Shown piece by piece: positions 8,536 to 16,057 of a stretch of 31,585 nt of DNA. The notes under the pieces were generated by a model. It searched no databases and had not been told where the DNA came from. It was given only the letters and a program-made list of their open reading frames with translations. The position numbers and the translations under genes are program-made. Source of the DNA: an uncultured Nitrososphaerota archaeon. Its GTDB lineage: Archaea; Korarchaeota; Korarchaeia; Korarchaeales; Korarchaeaceae. Where the stretch lies: positions 1 through 31,585 of the forward strand of contig CAYZRF010000022.1 in NCBI GenBank assembly GCA_964480775.1, written 5' to 3'. Position 1 is the first letter of the stretch. The number at the start of each line of letters is the position of its first letter.

Positions 8536-9708
8536 ATGAAACGACCGACAGGAATTCCTGTGCTAGATGACATGTTGAGAGGAGGACTTGAAGATGGTTC
8601 TACCACTATTCTCTATCATTCTCCTTTCATAAACGGAGCCTTATTTGCCTATCACATCTGTCACCACAGACTAAAGGTAGGAGATCCTGTCGTCTACTTC
8701 ACCAACACAAAGAGGATACTGGCTATCATAGAGGATGCAGAGAGATTTAGTTGGGATATGAGGAATTATCGCGAGAGGGGGAAGCTTTCCTTCATAGATG
8801 CTTATACTCCTTTTATGGGTCTCTCTGGGGAAGGAAGATATGCTGTTTCAGATCCAACTAGTCCTGAAGAGATAACTGCAGTATTAGCTAAGGCCCTAGA
8901 AGAGCAGGAGAGCGGGTCCCTCCTGGTAATAGACTCCCTATCGACCGCCTTAGATCAATGTGGCTTAAAAATACTTGATAAGCTCGAGGATTGGAGAAGG
9001 CTTGTTACTCTTTATGACGCTTCCCTTCTTTGCATCTTCGCTGATTGGGGATACGAAGCCGAGGTCAGGAGAAGAATTGAGGAATTTTTTGAGAACATGA
9101 TAGAGCTAACTTCGATAGAAAGGAACGTCATAATCGGAGACATTTTCACCGTTAGAAAAGTCGACGGCCAAGTAGTAAGAAGCAAAAGGGTCCCCTTCAA
9201 ACTGATAAAACCAGGAGGGGTGCGCATTTACATTCCAAAGATCCTCGTTACAGGACCTTTTCATGCTGGGAAAACTTCTGTCGTTCACGCTTTATCTACA
9301 AGGGCCGTAAGCGTGGATAGGGAATCAACAACCGTTGCTCTAGACTTTGGACATGTGGAATTTGAGGGATTTTTCGCTGATCTTTTTGGCACCACCGGGC
9401 AGCAACGGTTCGATCCAATACTTGAGCAACTTGGAGGTGAAGCTATTGCCGTGATCCTTGTTGTGGACAGTACCATGCCAGAGACCTTCCCTAGAGCCGT
9501 AGAGATGCTTAAGAAGGCTAGAGCATATGGTCTTCCTTGTATAGTGTTTGCTAACAAACAAGATTTGCCTAATGCTCTAAGCCCTGAAGAGGTCCGAGCG
9601 AAACTAGGATTGGGGGAGGATGTACCTGTTGTAGGAACTGTTGCTACCCAAAAGGAGGGGGTCAGGGAGGGACTAAGAATTCTGTTAGATACGATTTTTA
9701 GAGGGTGA
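8536..9708 (+). CDS. fusion protein: Walker-A-degenerate KaiC-like domain (aa 1-233) + MglA/CvnD-type small GTPase domain (aa ~234-390)
   Basis: The N-terminal part has the KaiC-like scaffold (IPVLDDMLRGGLEDGSTTILY, LLVIDSLSTAL), but HSPFINGA replaces the P-loop. The C-terminal part has G1 GPFHAGKT (9253-9276), G2 TTVALDFG, G3 LFGTTGQQRF, G4 NKQD and a G5-like TVATQ. It starts 15 nt after the preceding gene. Confidence 0.85.
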   Translation: MKRPTGIPVLDDMLRGGLEDGSTTILYHSPFINGALFAYHICHHRLKVGDPVVYFTNTKRILAIIEDAERFSWDMRNYRERGKLSFIDAYTPFMGLSGEGRYAVSDPTSPEEITAVLAKALEEQESGSLLVIDSLSTALDQCGLKILDKLEDWRRLVTLYDASLLCIFADWGYEAEVRRRIEEFFENMIELTSIERNVIIGDIFTVRKVDGQVVRSKRVPFKLIKPGGVRIYIPKILVTGPFHAGKTSVVHALSTRAVSVDRESTTVALDFGHVEFEGFFADLFGTTGQQRFDPILEQLGGEAIAVILVVDSTMPETFPRAVEMLKKARAYGLPCIVFANKQDLPNALSPEEVRAKLGLGEDVPVVGTVATQKEGVREGLRILLDTIFRG

Positions 9709-9712
9709 TCTT

Positions 9713-10093
9713 GTGGAAGAAAAAATAACCCTTAGGGATATGTTAAAAAAGGTTCTTTTGGACCTGAACTCTACTGGAGAGGTTTATGCATCTGCTATTG
9801 TGTCGAGAAATGGGCTTCTTATGGCTTGTGAAATGCCTAGTGATGTAGACTCGAGAACATTTGCAGCCATGACTGCTACGATGGTTGGAGCGGCAGAAAC
9901 TGCTTTCTCGGAACTAAAGAAAGGAGTGGCAGAGAGAGTTATAGTAGAGGGGCAAGAGGCCAAGATCATAGCAATGGGGGCTGGAAAAAAGGCTCTCTTA
10001 GTCACTATGTCTGATCCTAGAGCAAATCTTGGATTAATACTCCTTGAAATGGAGAAGGCTAGCGAAAAAATAAAGAAACTCTTGGGAAGGTGA
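9713..10093 (+). CDS. Roadblock/LC7 (MglB-like) domain protein
   Basis: 126 aa with the Robl/LC7 pattern (VYASAIVSRNGLLMACEMPSDVDSRTFAAMTATMVGAAE...ALLVTMSDPRANLGLI). The GTG start lies 4 nt after the GTPase-fusion stop. Confidence 0.85.
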   Translation: MEEKITLRDMLKKVLLDLNSTGEVYASAIVSRNGLLMACEMPSDVDSRTFAAMTATMVGAAETAFSELKKGVAERVIVEGQEAKIIAMGAGKKALLVTMSDPRANLGLILLEMEKASEKIKKLLGR

Positions 10094-10152
10094 TGTAACT
10101 GATTAGCTTCTCCAGCCTACTGGATTTTCTTATAATAATCCTATCTCTGATA

Positions 10153-10158
10153 TTTTTT
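10153..10158 (+). terminator. oligo-T tract (T6), a possible archaeal terminator of the KaiC/GTPase/Roadblock operon
   Basis: TTTTTT lies 60 nt downstream of the Roadblock stop codon. A second T4 follows at 10164-10167. Confidence 0.35.
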
Positions 10159-10171
10159 CGAGCTTTTGTTT

Positions 10172-10423
10172 ATGCTAAAAGTATCAATTAACGAGAAAAG
10201 GTTTAGAGCAGCAACAAGTTACATATTTCTTAGCTATGGGCCGTTTAGAACCGCTTTTATTCTATTAGTACTAAACGGGATGGTTTCTTTCTTTTCTAAA
10301 CTTCTCATCTCTTTTGGAATGGAAGAACACAGTTTGTTGGGAATTGTGGTGTGTTATGCGCTTCTCGTGTTAAGTTTGATGCTTATGCTCACGGTACTTT
10401 TTGGGAGAACCAGAAAGGAATAG
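10172..10423 (+). CDS. possible small membrane protein (2 TM)
   Basis: ATG at 10172 (the track uses TTG at 10166). Two hydrophobic stretches (FRTAFILLVLNGMVSFF, LLGIVVCYALLVLSLMLMLTVLF). It lies directly after an oligo-T tract, has no obvious promoter and matches no family, so the call is weak. Confidence 0.3.
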   Translation: MLKVSINEKRFRAATSYIFLSYGPFRTAFILLVLNGMVSFFSKLLISFGMEEHSLLGIVVCYALLVLSLMLMLTVLFGRTRKE

Positions 10424-10445
10424 AATAAGGGAATTGACTACAAGA

Positions 10446-11153
10446 CTAGTCGATCTTATATCTAAACCAGTTAGTAGTAAGAGAACTTCCTCTCCTCGCT
10501 AGATATCTAACGTAATCTTCTCCACCCTCCTTTTTCATCTCAAGCACTCCATCAACCAATGTCATTAGGATGTGCTCTACCTCCTGTGGGTGAGTCTCCT
10601 TATCAAATAGGAAAAGACCGTTGCTTTGACTTGCTCGCAATCTTCCAAAAAGAGCGTGTAGAAACCTAGAGACTGTTTCAGGTTTGTTGTAAGTGAATAA
10701 GCTCGTTAACGTATCGAATACAAACCTAACTGGCCTATGTCTCATCCAAAACTCCTTTAGAAGGTCCCTCACTATGACGTTATATCCGGATAGATCCATT
10801 ATGCTAGAAGCCCTTTTGATGTACGGGATCTCCTCTGTCTCCAGACCAACTGTTTTGGAATACATGTCAATGAATACAATCCGCTCTTCCTTTTTCGCTT
10901 CCTCTATCCTCATGTTAAGTTCAGAAAACTCTCTTTCCTGCTCCTCCGCCGTTCTATCAGTTGTGGTGAATATACAAGCATCACCTTCAAGTATTCCAAC
11001 GTGTGTAAACTTTTTAGAGAAAATCTCCTTGCTAGAGATTGGAGGACCCAAGAGTAGAACGTTAATTCCTCTTGGCAGGCCCCCTCCTATCGCCTCATCA
11101 AGAACAGGAAATCCTATTGGCACCTTACTGTTCTGCCTTAATTCTTCTACCAC
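10446..11153 (-). CDS. KaiC-like domain protein with a degenerate Walker A (probable pseudo-ATPase)
   Basis: PIGFPVLDEAIGGGLPRGINVLLLGPPISSKEIF has the KaiC-like N-terminal signature, but GPPISSKE (11025-11048) replaces GxxGxGKT. FVFDTLTSL is Walker-B-like. GTG start. Confidence 0.75.
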   Translation of the reverse strand: MVEELRQNSKVPIGFPVLDEAIGGGLPRGINVLLLGPPISSKEIFSKKFTHVGILEGDACIFTTTDRTAEEQEREFSELNMRIEEAKKEERIVFIDMYSKTVGLETEEIPYIKRASSIMDLSGYNVIVRDLLKEFWMRHRPVRFVFDTLTSLFTYNKPETVSRFLHALFGRLRASQSNGLFLFDKETHPQEVEHILMTLVDGVLEMKKEGGEDYVRYLARRGSSLTTNWFRYKID

Positions 11154-11247
11154 AACAATCCAAGGTTCTTAAAAATTAAAAAATGCATTCGTTTAGCCTT
11201 TCTCTTGGAGCAAATGGTTTTCCTCATTTTTACATGGAATCCTCAAG
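11154..11247. promoter_or_regulatory. divergent intergenic promoter region (pseudo-KaiC gene on -, second PelF-like gene on +)
   Basis: 94-bp spacer containing TTAAAAATTAAAAAA and TCATTTTTACA, which are AT-rich TATA-like elements. Genes diverge from both ends. Confidence 0.3.
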
Positions 11248-12696
11248 GTGTATTGTTTGAAGCCAAAAATCGTACTTATCGAGGAAGGAGGCTTCCCTGT
11301 TGACATCGGAGGGATCTCCACATGGGTTAGAGAGCTAATTGAAGGGTTAAAGGAATTTGAATTCACCATATTGACTATAACAACTCATGAGAAATCTGAT
11401 CTCATATTGCAAGTTCCTGAAGGAATTAAAGTAAGGATTCACATTTTGTTTAGCAGAAGATGGAAACATAAAGCCCATCCCGATACCTTTAAGGGTGTAA
11501 TAGACTGCCTTAAATTGTTCCTTTCTGGAGAGAGAGTGGGGATAGAAGAAATCGTTGAGTTAATGGCCAACTTGGATCCAATAAAGGTATTATGCTCTAG
11601 AGAATTCTGGGAAATGGCTAAAGAAGCTTACGAGGAGCTAAATCTCTACCAAGAGAGTTTTATAGGCTTCGCATACGAACTTGCATGTATATTTCGTCCT
11701 CTACTTGAAGTTCTCTTGCTAGGAACCGACCTGAAGGGGTTTGACATAGTTCACTCCACCAATGCGGGACTGGCGGGGCTGGCAGGGGCAGCTGCAAAAG
11801 TTAAGTGGGGTTATCCGTTAGTTCTGACAGAGCATGGCTCTTTCCTAAGAGAATTTGACATATGGCTGGAAAGGACGAGGAGAAAAAGGTGGTCAAGGGA
11901 ATTGCTCAAAAGAGTTATGAACTCGGTAGTAAGAACCAGCCATTCTTATGCTAATTCCATAGTCTCAGTCTCGGAGTCCATAAGAAAAGATCAACTAAAG
12001 ATAGGTGCCTCGGAAGAAAAGCTTCTTGTGATAAGGAACGGAGTAGATGCTTCAAAATTTGAGAGAGCTATCACTAATATAGATGTCGGTGCCGACGTCA
12101 GTGTTATGAATAGGAAAATAGGAAAAGATTATGGAGAAGTTCTCAGAGTTGTTACAGTATCGAGAGTGGACAAAGTGAAAGGTATAGATTTACTGGCGAG
12201 GGCTGCGGCTTTTGCGCTAAGTTCTGGGGTGAGATTAGTCTTCGAGGTGGTCGGGCCTATAACCGATAAGGAGTATTTGGAGGAAATTCAAGCTCTGACC
12301 AAAAGCCTAGGAATATCAAGAAATTTCAAGATAATTGGGGTAAGAGACGTTAAGAACGTGTTGGACAGGGCTGACATTTTCGTCCTTCCCAGTAGGTCGG
12401 AAGGAAGTCCCTTTGCCCTTTTGGAGGCTATGGCAGCAAGCCTTCCGATTATTGGAACCGGTGTAGGAGGAATTCCTGAGGTGTTGGGAGATGCTGGGAT
12501 CCTTGTTAAACCCGAACCCAAGGAACTCGCTTCAGTCATAGAAAAACTCGCAAAAGACGCTGAACTCAGGAGAAAGCTTGGAAAAGCAGCTAGAGAGAGG
12601 GTGATATCCAATTTCCCACTTGAGAAGATGATTGATGGTTATAGGAACCTTTACTTAAAGCTCATGGAGGAAAAACCATGGTATTCTTCGGTTTAG
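11248..12696 (+). CDS. second PelF-like glycosyltransferase (DUF3492-type N-terminus + GT4 domain)
   Basis: N-terminus IEEGGFPVDIGGISTWVRELIEGL. GT4 motif LPSRSEGSPFALLEAMAASLPIIGTGVGGIPE. GTG start at 11248, with TTG at 11257 as an alternative. Confidence 0.8.
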   Translation: MYCLKPKIVLIEEGGFPVDIGGISTWVRELIEGLKEFEFTILTITTHEKSDLILQVPEGIKVRIHILFSRRWKHKAHPDTFKGVIDCLKLFLSGERVGIEEIVELMANLDPIKVLCSREFWEMAKEAYEELNLYQESFIGFAYELACIFRPLLEVLLLGTDLKGFDIVHSTNAGLAGLAGAAAKVKWGYPLVLTEHGSFLREFDIWLERTRRKRWSRELLKRVMNSVVRTSHSYANSIVSVSESIRKDQLKIGASEEKLLVIRNGVDASKFERAITNIDVGADVSVMNRKIGKDYGEVLRVVTVSRVDKVKGIDLLARAAAFALSSGVRLVFEVVGPITDKEYLEEIQALTKSLGISRNFKIIGVRDVKNVLDRADIFVLPSRSEGSPFALLEAMAASLPIIGTGVGGIPEVLGDAGILVKPEPKELASVIEKLAKDAELRRKLGKAARERVISNFPLEKMIDGYRNLYLKLMEEKPWYSSV

Positions 12697-13301
12697 GAAT
12701 AGGAGAGGTCTTCTCTATAAGGAGAAAGAGAGGGTGGAAAAGCGGGCTGTACTTGCTTTTCGCCATTCTTCACTTAACTTCTTTTTTCTTCTTAGGAAAG
12801 ACCATAGAGGTAACCTCCAAGATTATCTTATCTATTGCCCTCACCTTAACTGGAATTTTGCTTTCGTCTTTTATAATAATTAGAAAGAAGCTAACTCGCC
12901 TCATTAAAGCTGGACTTAAGGAAATTGATTCTGTTGAAAGGGAGTTTAGCAGGACCTTGGTTGCTCTTGACATAGTTTCCATCGTTGCGTCCTTTCTCGT
13001 AGTAATGGTTCTGTATGGGAGAAAACTTGAAGTTTTCCTGTCGTTGAATATTCTACTACTCGTTTCTTCATTAAGTCGCATGTCATTACTTGTCCTCATA
13101 GGTTCTAAATGGCTACCCGTTCTTCCAACGGCCTTAGCAATTGAGGTGCTCTTTGGAGCAATGTCGCATAGTTTCTGGTCAATCCTAAGCTACATGACAA
13201 CTTCTACATTGATTCTAACTCTATCCATCTGGAGAACCTCTTCGTTCTCGAGAGAACCTGCATATCTCATCTTTAGATCGATGGTGGAAGAGAATTTCTA
13301 A
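12678..13301 (+). CDS. hypothetical membrane protein (about 6 TM), translationally coupled to the second PelF-like gene
   Basis: ATG 12678 overlaps the upstream gene by 19 nt. There are multiple hydrophobic helices (LYLLFAILHLTSFFFL, IILSIALTLTGILLSSFIII, LDIVSIVASFLVVMVLY, LLVSSLSRMSLLVLIG, and others). No family recognised. Confidence 0.55.
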   Translation: MVFFGLGIGEVFSIRRKRGWKSGLYLLFAILHLTSFFFLGKTIEVTSKIILSIALTLTGILLSSFIIIRKKLTRLIKAGLKEIDSVEREFSRTLVALDIVSIVASFLVVMVLYGRKLEVFLSLNILLLVSSLSRMSLLVLIGSKWLPVLPTALAIEVLFGAMSHSFWSILSYMTTSTLILTLSIWRTSSFSREPAYLIFRSMVEENF

Positions 13302-13600
13302 GATCTTTAGAACTCAGCACTTTCTTCTCATGCAAGCCGTTTTTATCTTATCTTTCTCAGCCTATTATCTCAAAATGAAAAATGTAGCACACGCTATAAG
13401 GCGAAGTTTAGGAACCTCATACAGTTTCTTTAAGGAGCCAAGATATTCTAGCAAAAAGAAAGGTTCCAGCCAGTTAGGGCAAACCAACCAAGATTCTATC
13501 AGGAAAGATTCTTCTGTGTGTCTAAACTTGTCTAACCTCTAACATCATCAATTTATATTCCATTAGAGATGATAAATGTCGAAGAGAAGAGAAAAGGGGG

Positions 13601-14629
13601 TTATATTGGGATTTCCTTAGCCATTGTAAGCGCAAGAACTGCCATCTTAGCGTAAAGATTGTTCTCTGCTTGTTCATATATTACAGAGTTTGGTCCGTCC
13701 ATGACCTCGTCTGTAGCCTCTTCACCCCTAAAAACGGGTAAGACATGGGTAACAAAAGCTTGCTTTTCCATCAAATCTTCAACATGATGTTGCTCAAGCC
13801 TCCAGTTCTTGTATTTATTGTGTATCTCCAATTCCTTCTCCAGACCAAATGCGGAAGCTCCAATTTTTTGGAGTTCCCAAGTGACCCAGCTTCTCGGAAA
13901 TACGATGTTTGCTCCCTTCAGACCTTCCTCGAAATCGCTAACGATCTCGAATGATCCTCCAGCATCTTCAGCGTTCTTCTTTGCCATCTCAACTACCTTC
14001 GGATCTAAATCAAATCCTGGCGGATGTGCAACAGTTACATCCATGCCAAACCTAGACGCAATTAACACCTCTGATTGAATGCTGCATAGACCTCTTAGCT
14101 TGCTTGAATACGCCCAAGTTATGGTGTACTTTTTGCCTTGAATCTCTCCTAACTTCTCGATCACCGTCATTATGTCCCCTAGGGCTTGAGTTGGGTGATA
14201 CGTGTCGTCAGCCATGTTGATAACTGGAACTTTCGCTACCTCAGCAAACTGCCTCATGATCTTATGTCCCTCCCCATACTTGAAGTCTATAGCCTTATCG
14301 AGAACTCTTACACCAATTCCATCACCGTATAGATCGTACATCTTGGCCACATCCTTAACAGCTTCTCCTGCCTTTATTCTAGTGGTAGTCACGTCAATGT
14401 ATGAAGCGTGTCCTCCGAGCAACTCCATTCCTGCCTCAAATGCTCCTCTAGTTCTTGTTGATGGGGCGTAGAATAGCATGAAGAAGATCTTCCTATCAAG
14501 AATCCTCGGAGGTTTCTCTCCCCTTTGTATCATAGCCTTAAGCTTTTCAGCCAGCTTAATTACCTCAACAAGTTCGTCAAGAGTCCATTCCTGCGTAGTC
14601 AGGAGGTCTTTCCCATATAATTCACTCAT
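13601..14629 (-). CDS. carbamoyltransferase of the YgeW-like (non-canonical ATCase/OTCase) family
   Basis: STRTR (YAPSTRTRGAFE) and HPTQAL carbamoyl-phosphate motifs are present. ITWAYSSKLRG, RFGMDVTVAHPPGFDLDPKVVEMAKKNAEDAGGSFEIV and VFPRSW resemble YgeW rather than ArgF/ArcB (no SMG motif, and HVLP instead of HCLP). GGAGGG lies 7 nt upstream of the ATG. Confidence 0.75.
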   Translation of the reverse strand: MSELYGKDLLTTQEWTLDELVEVIKLAEKLKAMIQRGEKPPRILDRKIFFMLFYAPSTRTRGAFEAGMELLGGHASYIDVTTTRIKAGEAVKDVAKMYDLYGDGIGVRVLDKAIDFKYGEGHKIMRQFAEVAKVPVINMADDTYHPTQALGDIMTVIEKLGEIQGKKYTITWAYSSKLRGLCSIQSEVLIASRFGMDVTVAHPPGFDLDPKVVEMAKKNAEDAGGSFEIVSDFEEGLKGANIVFPRSWVTWELQKIGASAFGLEKELEIHNKYKNWRLEQHHVEDLMEKQAFVTHVLPVFRGEEATDEVMDGPNSVIYEQAENNLYAKMAVLALTMAKEIPI

Positions 14630-14698
14630 ACAAATCCCTCCACAATCGCATCATCTCTAGGAAAAGAGGCTTACTCTTAATATTATGTTAACACTCTC

Positions 14699-15952
14699 TT
14701 AGATCCCAAGATTCTTTAAATAGAGTTCTACGACCTCCATCTTTGGTTCAATTACTGGTGGAAGTCCCAGATGCTCAGCCACTACGTTAGGGTCCTTTAG
14801 CCCACTTCCAGTGATCTCCACGACTACGAGGTCCCCACTATCAATGAATCCTCCCTTTCGCAACTTTATCAAACCAGCTAACGACGCAACCCCCGAGGGC
14901 TCTGCAAATATCCCCTCTTCCTTAGCCAACAACTCTTGTGCTTCCAGTATCTCCTCGTTTGTCACGGATACCGCTGCTCCCTTGGATTCTCTTATGGCCC
15001 TCAGAGCCGCATCCCCATCCCAGGGAAATGGGTCTTCAAGTCCTGTAGCTATGGTCTCAGGCTTACCCCATGGCTCTATCTCAAATGGATCTTTTCCTTG
15101 CTCATAAGCCCTCACCAATGGGGCACATCCAGTTGACTGCACAGCAGCAATCTTTGGAAGGGATCTTATGAAGCCTAAAGTTTTGAACTCCTTGAAGCCC
15201 TTCCAATTGCCTGCAAGTAAGCCTCCTCCTCCAACAGGAATGAACAACCAGTCTGGATTCTCCCAATTTAGCTGTTCGCATATTTCATAAGCCGTAGTCT
15301 TATTTCCCTCGAACTGATAGGGGTTAAAGGTTCCAAAGCTAGGGCAGGGATACCACCCATACTTCTTGCTTGTTTCTAGCATCATTTTTACTGTTGGATC
15401 CTCTTCTTCCTCCCACCTTAGCCTTACAACTTTTGCCCCATACAGCATGAGTTGAGCAACTTTTCCGGCCCCAGCAAAATGCGGAACAAACGTGACGCAA
15501 TCTATGTTTGCCTTTGCACAAAAAGCTGCTAGAGCAGCTGCAGCATTTCCTGAAGATGCTATCACTGCGGTTTTTACACCAAATTCGATGCCCTTTGCTA
15601 CTCCAACGCTCATAGGCCTGTCCTTGAACGACCAAGTTGGATTTCTGGTCTCGTCCTTTGCATATAGATTTCTGAGGCCTATTGCACGCCCAAGATCTTC
15701 GCATTTAATCAAAGGAGTATTTCCCTCGCCCAAATCTACAACCTTAGTCCCTTCTTTTATTGGCAGAAGTTCTCTATACTTCCAAGTTCCTCCTTTCCTC
15801 CTGACAAGTTCGTCTTTAGTTAATACGCTTGAAATTGCATCGTAATCATAATAGATATCCAGCCTGCCGTCTATCTTGCTACAGTAGAAAACCTTCTCAT
15901 CGGGATCATGCTCTTCTCCACACCTAGCACATTTCAGCTTTTCAACGAACAT
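14699..15952 (-). CDS. threonine-synthase-family PLP enzyme (fold type II) with an N-terminal Cys-rich zinc-ribbon-like segment
   Basis: Same architecture as archaeal ThrC: CARCG...YC at the N-terminus, NPTWSFKDR (PLP lysine), SSGNAAAALAA and ITGSGLKD. IPVGGGGLLA replaces the usual ThrC GNxGN. Start set to ATG 15952 (MFVEKLKCARCG); the TTG at 15976 would sit inside the TATA-like region. Confidence 0.75.
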   Translation of the reverse strand: MFVEKLKCARCGEEHDPDEKVFYCSKIDGRLDIYYDYDAISSVLTKDELVRRKGGTWKYRELLPIKEGTKVVDLGEGNTPLIKCEDLGRAIGLRNLYAKDETRNPTWSFKDRPMSVGVAKGIEFGVKTAVIASSGNAAAALAAFCAKANIDCVTFVPHFAGAGKVAQLMLYGAKVVRLRWEEEEDPTVKMMLETSKKYGWYPCPSFGTFNPYQFEGNKTTAYEICEQLNWENPDWLFIPVGGGGLLAGNWKGFKEFKTLGFIRSLPKIAAVQSTGCAPLVRAYEQGKDPFEIEPWGKPETIATGLEDPFPWDGDAALRAIRESKGAAVSVTNEEILEAQELLAKEEGIFAEPSGVASLAGLIKLRKGGFIDSGDLVVVEITGSGLKDPNVVAEHLGLPPVIEPKMEVVELYLKNLGI

Positions 15953-15978
15953 CTCTCCTCTCACAATGATTGACAAAC

Positions 15979-15988
15979 TTTTAATTTA
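15979..15988. promoter_or_regulatory. TATA-like box (TTTTAATTTA) in the divergent region between the ThrC-like and carbamate kinase genes
   Basis: About 27 nt from ATG 15952 on the minus strand. About 70 nt from ATG 16058 on the plus strand, whose leader carries GGAGGG. Confidence 0.3.
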
Positions 15989-16057
15989 TGATTGAGATGC
16001 GACTCTGTTCTCAAGACCTTCGGGAGCAAACCGATGATTTCACAGGAGGGAAAACCT

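Noticed and set aside
10090-10150. Possible C/D-box sRNA: GUGAUGU at 10090-10096 and CUGA at 10147-10150, followed by T6.
   Set aside because: The C-box is imperfect and overlaps the Roadblock stop codon. The only internal CUGA lies 2 nt after the C-box, which leaves no room for a guide. There is no C' box or terminal stem.
10693-11172. 159-aa ORF antisense to the degenerate KaiC-like gene.
   Set aside because: It lies entirely antisense to an ORF with clear KaiC-family landmarks. It is Ser/Leu/Thr-rich with no motifs, typical of shadow ORFs.
13330-13542. 70-aa ORF in the 300-bp gap.
   Set aside because: It has no Shine-Dalgarno or TATA signal, a low-complexity Ser/Lys-rich product and no recognisable fold or TM pattern.
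15953-16057. Extended starts of the ThrC-like ORF (TTG 15976) and the carbamate kinase ORF (15992).
   Set aside because: Both extensions run into the shared AT-rich promoter and TATA region. The internal ATGs (15952 and 16058) give family-typical N-termini, and 16058 has a GGAGGG element upstream.
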